DNA of 64,000 nucleotides from an uncultured Nitrospiraceae bacterium (GCA_963706325.1 CAVPLT010000004.1:1-64000), one strand, 5' to 3'; positions 1-8,730 are shown, numbered from the stretch's first letter. The notes: a model not told the origin generated them from the letters alone. Numbers and translations: made by a program.

Positions 1-124
1 GCTGGATGCGTGGATACGGAAGAACACCGTGATGCCTATGCCACCAAGACGCGCATAGATCGCGAGATACGAGGCGGACGGGGTGCCAGTCGTGGCCCCG
101 CCGCCGCCCAGCTTTGTTAGCGGG

Positions 125-253
125 CTATTGCAGAAGATTAAGGGTCAATATACCCAAGGCGAGAACGAGACTCGCCACTGCGAGCCAGCGGTACCAGCGG
201 TTATTGTAGTCGGTCTTGTCGAAGGTGTCCGTGTAGCGATTGCGTCCGTTCAT
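125..253 (-). CDS. Small single-TM membrane protein, 42 aa (MNGRNRYTDTFDKTDYNNRWYRWLAVASLVLALGILTLNLLQ)
   Basis: Read by hand (below ORF-track cutoff); SD AAGGGAG before ATG, upstream TAGAAT -10-like box, C-terminal hydrophobic helix. Confidence 0.55.
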   Translation of the reverse strand: MNGRNRYTDTFDKTDYNNRWYRWLAVASLVLALGILTLNLLQ

Positions 254-326
254 CTGATTACTCCCTTGAGAGCCATTCTACGGCACAGTGTGGCATGAAA
301 AAAACCCCACGAAGGTCGGATTAAGA

Positions 327-356
327 TTGACAGCGAGGTGTATCTTTATATACCAT
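327..356 (+). promoter_or_regulatory. Sigma70 promoter of the XRE-integrase operon with palindromic operator in the spacer
   Basis: TTGACA 327-332, 18-bp spacer, TACCAT 351-356; imperfect palindrome GGTGTAT-CTTT-ATATACC 337-354. Confidence 0.6.
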
Positions 357-361
357 CCATT

Positions 362-574
362 ATGCTCACACAGTTGAAGAAATGGCGAGAAAAGCGGGGG
401 TTCTCCGTGCGCAAGCTTGGGGAATTAGCAGGTGTTACCCATGTGACTGTCGTGCGCATGGAATCAGGCAAGCTGGACCCGCGCCTCTCAACGGTCCTCA
501 GACTGTGTAGGGCATTAGGCATTACGGTGGATCAACTGTTAGGCGTGGCCACTGAGCCACGGAAAGGTAGGTAG
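362..574 (+). CDS. XRE/HTH_3 family transcriptional regulator
   Basis: LKKWREKRGFSVRKLGELAGVTHVTVVRMESGKLDPRLSTVLRLCRALGIT is a canonical Cro/CI-type HTH; ATG 362 chosen because the ORF-track start lies inside the promoter. Confidence 0.9.
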   Translation: MLTQLKKWREKRGFSVRKLGELAGVTHVTVVRMESGKLDPRLSTVLRLCRALGITVDQLLGVATEPRKGR

Positions 575-578
575 TCCG

Positions 579-1697
579 ATGGGACTGACTAGACGGAAGG
601 ACAGCTATTATGTCGAGTTTCGAGTGCTCGACGATGGCAAGGCGCTGAGGCTAGCCCATGAAGGTGCGGGGGGAAGGCTGAAGCGGTGGAAAGTTGGATC
701 GCTCAATAAGACCCTGGCTAAACAACACGAGTCGATCATTAAGACGGACTTGATGAAAGGCAGCATTACAACTGACCAGGCCAAACTTGTTCGGTTTAAG
801 GAATGGGGATTTCGCTACTTAGAGCTGGAAGAGGTTCGGCGCTTACGGTCTTTTCGAGACCGAGATAGGATTCTCAGGCACCACCTAATACCCTATTTCG
901 GCGCTTTGGCCTTGTCTGAGATCAAGCCAGACGACGTTGAGCAGTATCGAAGCCAGCGGCGTAAACAAAATGGTGACGCGCCTACACTCCAGACCGTAAA
1001 CAATGACCATATTATTCTGAAGCATTGCCTCAACGTAGCGATTCGACGCGGATTGCTCGTGAGTAATCCCGCTTCCAAAGTGCCCCTACCGGACCCTCAT
1101 AATGAACGAGACCGTGTGTTAACAGAGGGTGAGTGGGAACGCTTGCACGAGGCAGCGGCTCCGCACCTCAAGCCCATGCTCCTGCTGGCCTACCATCTAG
1201 GGCAACGCTTTGGAGAGATTACTAATTTGACGTGGGACCGCGTGGACCTTCAGCGGGGGTTCATTACCCTGCGTTCCATTGATACTAAGACTAAAAAGGC
1301 GAGACAGGTTCCACTCACACCCGCCGTACGGTTAGCCTTGAGCGAGTTAGCCAAGGTGCGGCGTCTGAATACGAACCATGTCTTTGTGTATGATGGGCAA
1401 CCCATTAAGAGCATTAAGACTGCATTCAGGAGAGCTAAACGGGTCTCGGGGGTCAATGGCTTCCGCTTCCATGACCTACGACATTGTGCAGCAACCAACC
1501 TGAGAAGGGCTGGAGTTGATACAGCAACGGCGATGCGGATTGTGGGTCACAAGTCCGAGAAGATGTGGAAGCGGTATAATGCGATCGACGAGAAGGACCT
1601 GACCAAGGCAGCGTCTAGACTGAACACTTACCTCGAAGCTAACACGCTAATAACACCTGCTGATTCCGCTCAATCTTCCAACTCTGTAAGTGCTTGA
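579..1697 (+). CDS. int: Tyrosine recombinase / phage integrase (left element)
   Basis: Catalytic motifs GQRFGEI (R), TKT (K), FHDLRH (HxxR), VGHK, KRY (Y); ends 5 bp from the tRNA 3' end. Confidence 0.95.
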   Translation: MGLTRRKDSYYVEFRVLDDGKALRLAHEGAGGRLKRWKVGSLNKTLAKQHESIIKTDLMKGSITTDQAKLVRFKEWGFRYLELEEVRRLRSFRDRDRILRHHLIPYFGALALSEIKPDDVEQYRSQRRKQNGDAPTLQTVNNDHIILKHCLNVAIRRGLLVSNPASKVPLPDPHNERDRVLTEGEWERLHEAAAPHLKPMLLLAYHLGQRFGEITNLTWDRVDLQRGFITLRSIDTKTKKARQVPLTPAVRLALSELAKVRRLNTNHVFVYDGQPIKSIKTAFRRAKRVSGVNGFRFHDLRHCAATNLRRAGVDTATAMRIVGHKSEKMWKRYNAIDEKDLTKAASRLNTYLEANTLITPADSAQSSNSVSA

Positions 1698-1699
1698 TT
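1687..1699 (-). promoter_or_regulatory. IHF-consensus site in left att arm
   Basis: AATCAAGCACTTA matches WATCAANNNNTTR. Confidence 0.55.
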
Positions 1700-1702
1700 C
1701 AT

Positions 1703-1779
1703 TGGTGCCCCCGGCCTGAATTGAACAGGCGACCTTCGGTTTAGGAAACCGCTGCTCTATCCAACTGAGCTACGGGGGC
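1703..1779 (-). tRNA. tRNA-Arg (CCT)
   Basis: Folds as a 77-nt cloverleaf: GCCCCCG/CGGGGGC acceptor, anticodon loop TTCCTAA, T arm GCCTG-TTCAATT-CAGGC, encoded CCA. Confidence 0.97.
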
Positions 1780-1780
1780 A
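1741..1780. repeat. att direct repeat, left copy (tRNA-Arg 5' half)
   Basis: 40 bp identical to 27888-27927. Confidence 0.95.
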
Positions 1781-1791
1781 ACGTTATTTTT

Positions 1792-1804
1792 CAATAGCTT
1801 GATA
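1792..1804 (-). promoter_or_regulatory. IHF-consensus site in island att arm
   Basis: TATCAAGCTATTG matches WATCAANNNNTTR. Confidence 0.55.
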
Positions 1805-1832
1805 CTCTATTGGCCAGCTGATGAATTGTCTA
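1804..1832 (-). promoter_or_regulatory. Putative island-supplied sigma70 promoter for tRNA-Arg, embedded in the integrase 3' end
   Basis: TAGACA (1832-1827), 17 bp, TAGAGT (1809-1804); the -10 box contains the integrase stop codon; 24 bp upstream of tRNA +1. Confidence 0.6.
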
Positions 1833-2919
1833 GTGTCATTACCGTGTCCGCTTGCTGAAGGTATTTATCTAACTTTGCAGCGGCCAGCGTCAAGTCACGT
1901 TCTTCTATAGAATTGTATCGCTTCCACATCTTCTCAGATTTATGCCCTATGATCCTCATGGCAGTGGCCGTGTCCACACCTGCCCGGCGAAGGTTGGTTG
2001 AGGCACAGTGCCGAAGATCGTGAAACCTGAAATCCTGAAGCCCTGCGGCTTTCAGCGCTGACTTGAAGGCCCTAGAAACCCTTTGAATAGGCTTGCCCTT
2101 GTATAGGAATACCCGGCTTGTCTCAAGCCTTCGCACTTTAGCGAGTTGCTGAAGTGTGGTTCTCACTGCTGGGGTCAACGGAACCTCCCGGCGCGTATTG
2201 GTCTTGGTGTCCACTGCTCGTAACAGAATGAACCCTCGCCTGAGGTCTACTCGGTCCCAGGTCAATTCTATAATCTCGCTGAACCGCTGTCCCAAGTGAT
2301 AAGCAAGCAACAATATCGGGCGGAGGTGAGGCTTGGCGGCCTGATAGAGTCGTGGCCATTCATCCTCACTTAGGACTCTGTCCCGCTCGTTTCGCGGGTT
2401 GGGCATGGCTACCTTTGCCGCTGGATTGCTGGCCACCAGTCCACGTCTCACAGCGATATTGAGGCAATGTTTTAGTGCCGTGTGGTCGTTGTTCACGGTT
2501 TGGAGGCTGGCTGGTTGGCCATCCTTCCTCAATCGCTGAGCGCGGTAGGTCTCAATGTCCTGCGGCCTGATCTCGCTAACAATTTTCCGACCGAAAAAGG
2601 GCATCAGCTGACCGGTGACTCGTTCCACTCGGTCGCGATAAGTCCTAAGCCCTTTCACTTCCTCCAGGCGGAGGTACTGTTTTGCCCACTCGCTGAACAG
2701 TATGGGCCTGGCTTCCTCAGTGAGTATTTTCCCAAGAAGGAGATTGGTTTTGATGGCCGCTTCCATGTCTCGCGCAGCCGTCTTGTTAAGAGTGCCAACC
2801 TTCCACCGTTTGAGCCTCGCACCAGGCACACCCGACGCCAGGCGAAGAGTCTTGCCGTCTTCAGAGGTGAGGACACGGAACGCGACGTAATAGCTATCAG
2901 GTCGTTTCGTCAATCCCAT
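1807..2919 (-). CDS. int: Tyrosine recombinase / phage integrase (island)
   Basis: GQRFSEI, TKT, FHDLRH, IGHK, KRY; start MGLTKRPDSYY chosen by alignment to the paralogue at 579 and SD GAGAGGG. Confidence 0.95.
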   Translation of the reverse strand: MGLTKRPDSYYVAFRVLTSEDGKTLRLASGVPGARLKRWKVGTLNKTAARDMEAAIKTNLLLGKILTEEARPILFSEWAKQYLRLEEVKGLRTYRDRVERVTGQLMPFFGRKIVSEIRPQDIETYRAQRLRKDGQPASLQTVNNDHTALKHCLNIAVRRGLVASNPAAKVAMPNPRNERDRVLSEDEWPRLYQAAKPHLRPILLLAYHLGQRFSEIIELTWDRVDLRRGFILLRAVDTKTNTRREVPLTPAVRTTLQQLAKVRRLETSRVFLYKGKPIQRVSRAFKSALKAAGLQDFRFHDLRHCASTNLRRAGVDTATAMRIIGHKSEKMWKRYNSIEERDLTLAAAKLDKYLQQADTVMTLDNSSAGQ

Positions 2920-2964
2920 TATTCGCCCTCTCACTCCTCCGAAGCTGCTAGAGCATGGTCCTTG

Positions 2965-3183
2965 TTATCCCTGAGTCGCGCGACCTTCCAGAAGCTTCTG
3001 CGTCTCGACCCGTGCCTTAACCGTGTGTTGATCGATCCACTTGTCGAGGTCATGCTGCTTGAATTTTACGAGGCGTCCCACCTTCACGAAGCCAAGCTTC
3101 CGTGCCGATACCCAGCCGTAGAGGGTCAATTTTGATATGCCTAGATACTCCGATGCCTCATCCATTGTCAAAAGCCTGCTCAT
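2965..3183 (-). CDS. xis: Excisionase / HTH_17 DNA-binding protein
   Basis: MSRLLTMDEASEYLGISKLTLYGWVSARKLGFVKVGRLVKF; SD GGAG; directly upstream of int. Confidence 0.88.
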   Translation of the reverse strand: MSRLLTMDEASEYLGISKLTLYGWVSARKLGFVKVGRLVKFKQHDLDKWIDQHTVKARVETQKLLEGRATQG

Positions 3184-3458
3184 GATCACTCCAGGAAAAT
3201 TTTGTTGTCTGTATCCCGCCGAGATCTGTCCGATTCCCGCCCTACATCCATGCCGCCTACCAGACGGCCCGGGTTGAAGAGAATTCCACAGCGGGTGCGA
3301 CCCGTGGCCGGAGAGCAGGGGACAGGCCTTCCCGGTCCCCTCCCGGTCTCGCCCCTCCAGGCCTGCCCACTGCGAGAGCCCCGTGCCGCCTCTTCTTCTA
3401 CGCCCCACCCTCGGTTTGTGAAGGGTGGGGCTACATAGTCTTGAAGAAGGAGGCGGAC

Positions 3459-3963
3459 ATGTCCGTTGATAGTTCTCTCGGTTCCTCGAACGGTGGACGG
3501 CCATTGAACCCGGTTCGGAAATACGGTGTACCTCGGTACCGCGTCACGCTCGTGCGGGAGGGCCGTGCCATTCCGGCGGCTGAGTCGGTGCATACATCGG
3601 AGGGCGCGGCCGCGATCCTCCGACCCTTGTTCGCCGGCTTGGACCGGGAGCAGTTCCTGATCTGCGGCCTGGATGCGAAACATGGGCTCATCGGCATCAA
3701 TGTCGTCTCCACCGGGTCGCTGACCTTGGCCATCGTCCATCCGCGCGAAGTGTTCAAGCCGCTGATCCTGATGAATGCCGGCGCCTGGATCTGTGCCCAC
3801 AATCACCCCTCCGGCGATATCACGCCGAGCCCAGAAGATCGTGTCCTGACCAAACGGCTGCGCGAAGCTGGCAGACCTGTTCGGCATTCCGCTGCTCGAT
3901 CATCTCATCCTCGCCGAAGAACGCTACTACAGCTTCGCCGACCAGGGCTGGCCCGGCGCTTAG
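3459..3963 (+). pseudogene. radC: RadC-like JAB domain protein, +1 frameshift near 3870
   Basis: VHPREVFK and AHNHPSGD motifs; the expected C-terminus DLFGIPLLDHLILAEERYYSFAD continues in another frame to TAG 3963. Confidence 0.88.
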
Positions 3964-4088
3964 CGGAGCAGCCGCAACACCCAGGCGGCTCCTGCGGCCA
4001 CTAGCGCGAGTCCAATCGCCGCCGTCCCCCAGGCGACCAGGTCGGTCGCCAACGCATTGCCGATGGTGTGAATTTGTTGCGCCGTCAT
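3960..4088 (-). CDS. Leaderless coat-protein paralogue, 42 aa (MTAQQIHTIGNALATDLVAWGTAAIGLALVAAGAAWVLRLLR)
   Basis: SD AAGGAG; shares DLxxWxxAxIGxAL with mature pVIII at 4178-4393; basic C-terminus. Confidence 0.7.
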   Translation of the reverse strand: MTAQQIHTIGNALATDLVAWGTAAIGLALVAAGAAWVLRLLR

Positions 4089-4143
4089 CCTTGCATCTCC
4101 TTCGCCGTTGCCCTACTCATGCTGTCGATGTGATGCGAGAAAG

Positions 4144-4169
4144 GAGGCAGGCTGCTGCCAGCCTGCCTC
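4144..4169 (-). terminator. Hairpin terminator after the major coat gene
   Basis: Perfect 11-bp stem GAGGCAGGCTG/CAGCCTGCCTC, 4-nt loop, short CTTT tail. Confidence 0.65.
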
Positions 4170-4177
4170 GATGGGCC

Positions 4178-4393
4178 TTACCCGCCCACAATCGCCTTCA
4201 CGCGCTTAAAGGCATAGATGGCCAACGCCACCCCAATCAGGGCCGCCGCCCACAAGAGCAGATCGGCCCGCACCGTGGCCACATCTGCGGAGACCGGAAA
4301 CAACTGCGCGAACGACAACGCCGGTACGCCCAATGCGAAGACCAACGCCATCAGGAACCCGGTGACTCCCTTCACCCATCCCACACCCTTCAT
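4178..4393 (-). CDS. Inovirus major coat protein (pVIII-like) precursor
   Basis: 71 aa: signal peptide ending ALSFA, 42-aa mature chain with acidic N-terminus, TM helix and basic tail FKRVKAIVGG; very strong SD AAGGAGG. Confidence 0.88.
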   Translation of the reverse strand: MKGVGWVKGVTGFLMALVFALGVPALSFAQLFPVSADVATVRADLLLWAAALIGVALAIYAFKRVKAIVGG

Positions 4394-4466
4394 AGAGCAC
4401 CTCCTTGTGCTATCTGGTGGAGTCGTCCACCCGCGCCGCCGGAATCCTCGCCGACGGACGAGCGCC

Positions 4467-4574
4467 TCAGTGACTCTGAGGCAGAATCAGTTTGATGATC
4501 AGCCCCACGGCAAAGCCGCCGAGCCAGAAGATCGCCGTGAAATAGGTCATGGCTTCAATCGCCGGCAGGTCCAT
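4467..4574 (-). CDS. Minor coat protein-like (pVII/pIX-like), 35 aa (MDLPAIEAMTYFTAIFWLGGFAVGLIIKLILPQSH)
   Basis: SD AAGGAG, single TM helix, directly upstream of pVIII. Confidence 0.7.
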   Translation of the reverse strand: MDLPAIEAMTYFTAIFWLGGFAVGLIIKLILPQSH

Positions 4575-4860
4575 AGAACACTCCTTCGCCAATCACCCGC
4601 ATCGATCCGTCCTCGTAGACTTCCGAGACCGATCATTCCATAGCGTCCGGTAATCTGCGCGGCCGTCAGGATCTCGCCGCTGTCCAAGAGATAGCGCCAG
4701 CCTTGACGGTTCGCTGATGAGCCTGCCCCGCCGAGGATGCGCACGGTTCGCTTCGGTGGTGGCGGAGTTGCTGGCGCAGATGGAGACAGACGCCCCAATG
4801 GATTCAGCAGACTGCCCGGCGCCGATGAGGCAGACGGAGGCAGACGTCGTGGTGCCACGG

Positions 4861-5568
4861 TCACTCCAGTCGCAGGGGTGTCCCTTGGTGCTGATTCAAC
4901 GACGACCAGGGCCGCCAGGCCATGAGGGCGATGGCAAAGAGTCCCGCGGCAATGCCGATCGCGATTCGCGCCGATTTGAAGATGGTATGGCTCCGCTTCT
5001 CTTCCTGGATCGCCGCCGACGCATAGCTCGAATAGTAGGCGTAGATCGCCGGTGAATAGGTCCCGACGAAGGCGCGAATGGTCTCGTGATCTTCGGGATT
5101 CCCCCGCACCTTGCCCTGATACTTTTTCGACAGGCCGACAAAGGCCAGCTTGCGAAACTTCACCGTCGCTTCGATCAGTCGCGTGACGCCTTGCGACATC
5201 TGCCGAAAATCCTGACTCATGAGCAGAATATCCACGCCGTAATGCCGATGGGTTTCGAGCCAGCGCAGCAGACCCGGCTCGACCTTCTGCATCGACCGAA
5301 AGACGGTTTGCGCTTCGTCGATAATCACCGCCGAGCCCGGCTCGACATGTGGAAAGGCCTGGAGGACTTCGACGGAGTCTTTCCAGATCGTGATCTGTTG
5401 TTCGAGGGCTTCGAGCTCAATGCCCGTGAACAACGCCAGCCGATCCAGATAAATCCCATCCACCGCGATATAGAGTCGTCGGCCTTGCCGGACCCACGGC
5501 AGGAACTTTTCGCAGATCGCGTGATAGGACTTCCCGGAGCCTGGCACGCCTTCATACAGTTCGATCAT
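4861..5568 (-). CDS. zot: Zot / pI morphogenesis ATPase; C-terminus probably continues in another frame to ~4600
   Basis: N-terminal Walker A GVPGSGKS, Walker B VIIDEAQ, HRHYGVDILLMSQ, TM helix; Pro-rich continuation in ORF 4547-4864. Confidence 0.93.
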   Translation of the reverse strand: MIELYEGVPGSGKSYHAICEKFLPWVRQGRRLYIAVDGIYLDRLALFTGIELEALEQQITIWKDSVEVLQAFPHVEPGSAVIIDEAQTVFRSMQKVEPGLLRWLETHRHYGVDILLMSQDFRQMSQGVTRLIEATVKFRKLAFVGLSKKYQGKVRGNPEDHETIRAFVGTYSPAIYAYYSSYASAAIQEEKRSHTIFKSARIAIGIAAGLFAIALMAWRPWSSLNQHQGTPLRLE

Positions 5569-5649
5569 CGCACTACGCCTCCAGAGCAGCCAGATGGTGC
5601 CCGGCCAAGATCGCCGTCCATCCATAGGCCACACTGACTGGTGTCATGT

Positions 5650-5925
5650 TCATGAGCCCCACCGCACAAACGGAATGGTTTGCAGAATGAACCGGGTTCC
5701 CATGGCGCTCGCCACGATGGCCAGCGCCTGACTCATGCCCGTCGCGCCCAGCACCCACGCATATTGATCAGGAATGACCGGCAGGGTGAGCCCTGCCGTG
5801 CCCATGGTGCTCAAGGTGCTGTCCGCCACGGAAAGCAGGGAATCCCAGATGCCCAAGCCCCAATCGGTGAGCGAGAAGAAGAACTCCTGCAGCCAGCAAT
5901 AGATGAGGGTCAGAATGGCCGTCAT
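5650..5925 (-). CDS. pVI-like minor coat protein (DUF2523-like)
   Basis: 91-aa hydrophobic protein ending RFILQTIPFV, between pIII-like and Zot; ATGA overlap with the upstream gene. Confidence 0.8.
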   Translation of the reverse strand: MTAILTLIYCWLQEFFFSLTDWGLGIWDSLLSVADSTLSTMGTAGLTLPVIPDQYAWVLGATGMSQALAIVASAMGTRFILQTIPFVRWGS

Positions 5926-7150
5926 GTGGTCTGTCCTCCTCCCACGAAGATGATGCGATAGGCGGCGAAGGAGGCAATGGCGATCACGAGCGTGCGGAGC
6001 ACGGTGAAGAACCAGGCCCACTGATTGAAGTCCACTTGCTGGTTGCCGAAGAAGGCCGAGGGGAGCGCAATCACCGGCAACGTCGAGGGCCAGGTCAGGG
6101 ATTTGAGGAGATTCAGGGTGCTGAGCAATCCGCTGCGTCGCCCAGATCGTTTGATGCGCTTGGAGGACGGTTCCGAAGGTTCGATTCTCATGTGTCCCTG
6201 CTGTAGCATGACGTGGTGGCTTCCGTCTCTTCTTGCTTGCGTCGTGGAGCCGTCGGGATTCTGGGTAGTTGTTGTGGTCGTCGTGGTGGTTTGCTGTTGC
6301 GTGTTCTGCTGCGGGGTACTTGCCGGAGGCGCGACACTATCGACGACGATGATGTCTCCCGCAGGCACGGGCTTCGGCTTGACGGTCGTCGGCATCTCAC
6401 TCGGGGACGACAGGCTGCGAGACGGTCTTGTCTGCCGGTTGCGTCGTGCCGGTCGTGCCGACGGGATTGGTATGCTGCTCAATGGACATGCGGAGCCGTG
6501 CGGGACGGTCACGAGATACTGTTGGACCGCCTGCTGGGCGTCGGCGGGATCGAGCGCTCTTGTAGCGGCGGGAGCAGCCCGGGACACCATCCGATGGCAG
6601 ACGTGGACCGGCGACCGACCCAGGACCGTGACGAAGAAGTTGCCGGGAAAGCCGTGCGATGCTTGAAAGGCCGACGACCCAGGCATGCAGATATCGATCG
6701 CCGCGCGCAGGGACTTGCCGGCTGAACTGAATACTGCGTGGGTAATCGTATGAGGTCTGGCCAGTTGGAAAGGTCTGGGTACCAGCATTGTACTGCCACT
6801 TGCCGGTCGGCGGGGTGAGGCCGCCGTTTTGATCGCGGCGAGGTCCGGTTGCGAATAGTACATCTGGGCCAGAACCAATCCGGCGCCGACTCCGAGCGCC
6901 GCCCAGTCCGACTGGACCAGCCACTAATCGAACGGCGAAGGAGCTGGCGGAAGGAGCGAGCGCAGCCGTCGCGACTTGGGACGCCAAGGCCGACCGTTGC
7001 GCGGCCAGATAGGCGATGCGTTCCGCTTGGGCGACGACCCGCGAGTACTGCGTCGTCTCTAGGGCGAGCGATTCGCCCGGTGCAAGACAGAAGGAGACGC
7101 AAGAGTGCCCAGATGAATCCGAGATAATCGGTGAGAGACAACAGTTTCAC
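5922..7150 (-). pseudogene. pIII-like adsorption protein, multiple frameshifts
   Basis: Signal-like N-terminus at 7150, Ala/Gly-rich hydrophobic segment (RLVAGPVG), Pro/Thr/Gln-rich linker (QQQTTTTTTTTTQNP), C-terminal TM anchor; pieces spread over three overlapping ORFs. Confidence 0.78.
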
Positions 7151-7221
7151 AATCGTCCGACTCCGAGGCCGGTGAGGAAGGCCAGTAACAAGACCGCGAC
7201 AAGGATAATGGTGAGATCCAC
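7147..7221 (-). CDS. Tiny TM protein, 24 aa (MDLTIILVAVLLLAFLTGLGVGRL), minor coat-like
   Basis: SD GGGAGG, GTG start, GTGA overlap with the pIII-like start. Confidence 0.65.
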   Translation of the reverse strand: MDLTIILVAVLLLAFLTGLGVGRL

Positions 7222-7242
7222 TGACCTTCCTCCCTCGGTCCG

Positions 7243-7506
7243 TTACTTCAAGACTTCCAATCCAGACAGATCGAAGAAGACCCGTCCGGTTTGTTCGAAC
7301 TTCCGCACTTCGATCGAGGCCCGGGCTTGCTTGCCTTCGGCTTGCTTACAGACGTCAATCAACGGCATCTGATCCTCCGGAATCCCCAACCGCAGAATCC
7401 CCGGATCTTTGCCCTTCACATAGAGATCCACCGATCTGAACACCTTGCCCTCCCGACTCCTCCGTTCCACATAGCCCTGTACCGCCCCCTCCGCTTTGAC
7501 TTGCAT
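7243..7506 (-). CDS. ssDNA-binding protein (pV-like), 87 aa
   Basis: SD AGGAGG before MQVKAEG; beta-rich OB-like pattern; size and position downstream of Rep. Confidence 0.75.
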   Translation of the reverse strand: MQVKAEGAVQGYVERRSREGKVFRSVDLYVKGKDPGILRLGIPEDQMPLIDVCKQAEGKQARASIEVRKFEQTGRVFFDLSGLEVLK

Positions 7507-7728
7507 CGTCGTGCACCTCCTGCATGAGTGAGTTGAATCGGAGTCAGCCAAGCGCCTGACCCACACGCCCCGGCCTTCAGACCGAGCTTTGGCGAGATAC
7601 TGAAATTCGGAGTCGCATTCCTGGCAGCTGACAAACAGGGCGCCCTTGACCCATCGGCAGGTCGCCCCATGGGCGCCACACCCGGGACACCCGCGTCGCC
7701 AGGCTCCGTTATGAAACTGTAAGGACAT
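7507..7728 (-). CDS. Small Zn-ribbon protein (CPGC...CQEC), in frame with the pV-like gene
   Basis: Two CxxC motifs; SD GGAGGAG inside the Rep 3' end. Confidence 0.5.
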
Positions 7729-8702
7729 AGGGCGTCCCTCTCCTCCGTTCCTTCAGCAGGGCGTAGTGCTTCTGCTTCCATTTCTTGGTCCCCGCATAGA
7801 TCAACTCCGTCAAAAATTGATCGCCTCGACAGGCCACCACGACCGCGAGCATCGACGCGACGGATTGCGCGAGCCAGGACGCCACGTCATCCAGCCGCTG
7901 CTGGATGCGTTCGACCACGAGTCGGCACCGCTTAAAGCCTTCGGTCAGGGCTTCCCACCAGGACAGCAATGGCGCCCGATACTTTTCGTACGATTCGGCC
8001 TCTCGCGTGGTCTCTCGGAAATCCACATAGGATCGGAGCACGCCCACGAGAAAGGCCCGCCAATCTTCGGCATCGAGCGTGAGGAGGGCCTTGGCGCAGG
8101 CTTGGGCCCGATCCTGTTTGAATTCCATTTCCCACCGGACTCCGTACGAGGCCGCGTCCTCCCGGCCTTTGGCCTGCAGTTCCAGCCGCTTGTCATAGAC
8201 CCGCAGCATGCTTTGGCTTTCCCGACTGCCGAAGTAGAGCGACTCTCCGGTTCGGACGCCTTCGCGATGATTCGAGGCTTGGATCACCTTGAATTGCTTG
8301 GACCGGCTCACGACCTGTCCGGCCTCCACGGCTTGCCGGACCGTCTCGACTGCGACAGTGGCCTCCCGGTCGTCCAGGGCCACATCGGTCCGTGTCACAT
8401 GGCCCTTCTGCGCGAAGATCCAGGCCAGGACCGTCTTGAGCTTGGTTTCATCCCACTGGGAGACAATCCCGGCCGAGAGATCCACATGCACTTCCTTCGG
8501 ATTGCGAGGCGCACCCGTCCCCAGTTTGCCGACGCCGGTCTTGCCCTGCGTCATGAGCTGGGCGACGGGATACCCGCGAAAGCCGGTCTCACTCTGGAAC
8601 CAGTCACCACCAATCAGTCTTGATCACGTCGTCCACCTCAGCCTTCGGGAGCGTGAAGGCCAGCCAATCGATCGTTTGAGTGAATCCTCCAGAACCCGTC
8701 AT
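7709..8702 (-). pseudogene. Rep_trans family rolling-circle replication initiator, +1 frameshift near 8620
   Basis: IDWLAFT at N-terminus (ATG 8702, SD AAGGGGG), TRTDVALDD, SLYFGSRES, LRVYDK, RWEME motifs. Confidence 0.9.
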
Positions 8703-8730
8703 TTCTTCCCCCTTGGCTTCCGTGCGATAG

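Larger units (their letters stand above)
1..1702. mobile_element. Right end of an integrative element inserted at the 3' side of tRNA-Arg; other end outside the window
   Basis: XRE plus integrase abutting the tRNA CCA end, with an IHF-like site between. Confidence 0.7.

Noticed and set aside
4861..5568. Zot as an enterotoxin or virulence factor
   Set aside because: Context shows the inovirus pI assembly ATPase; no toxin evidence.
5569..5653. Tiny ORF between pVI-like and Zot (MNMTPVSVAYGWTAILAG...)
   Set aside because: May be another small TM gene, but a probable indel makes the frame ambiguous.
7709..8702. Conjugative MOBT relaxase / ICE
   Set aside because: No coupling protein or T4SS genes; neighbours are filamentous phage genes.
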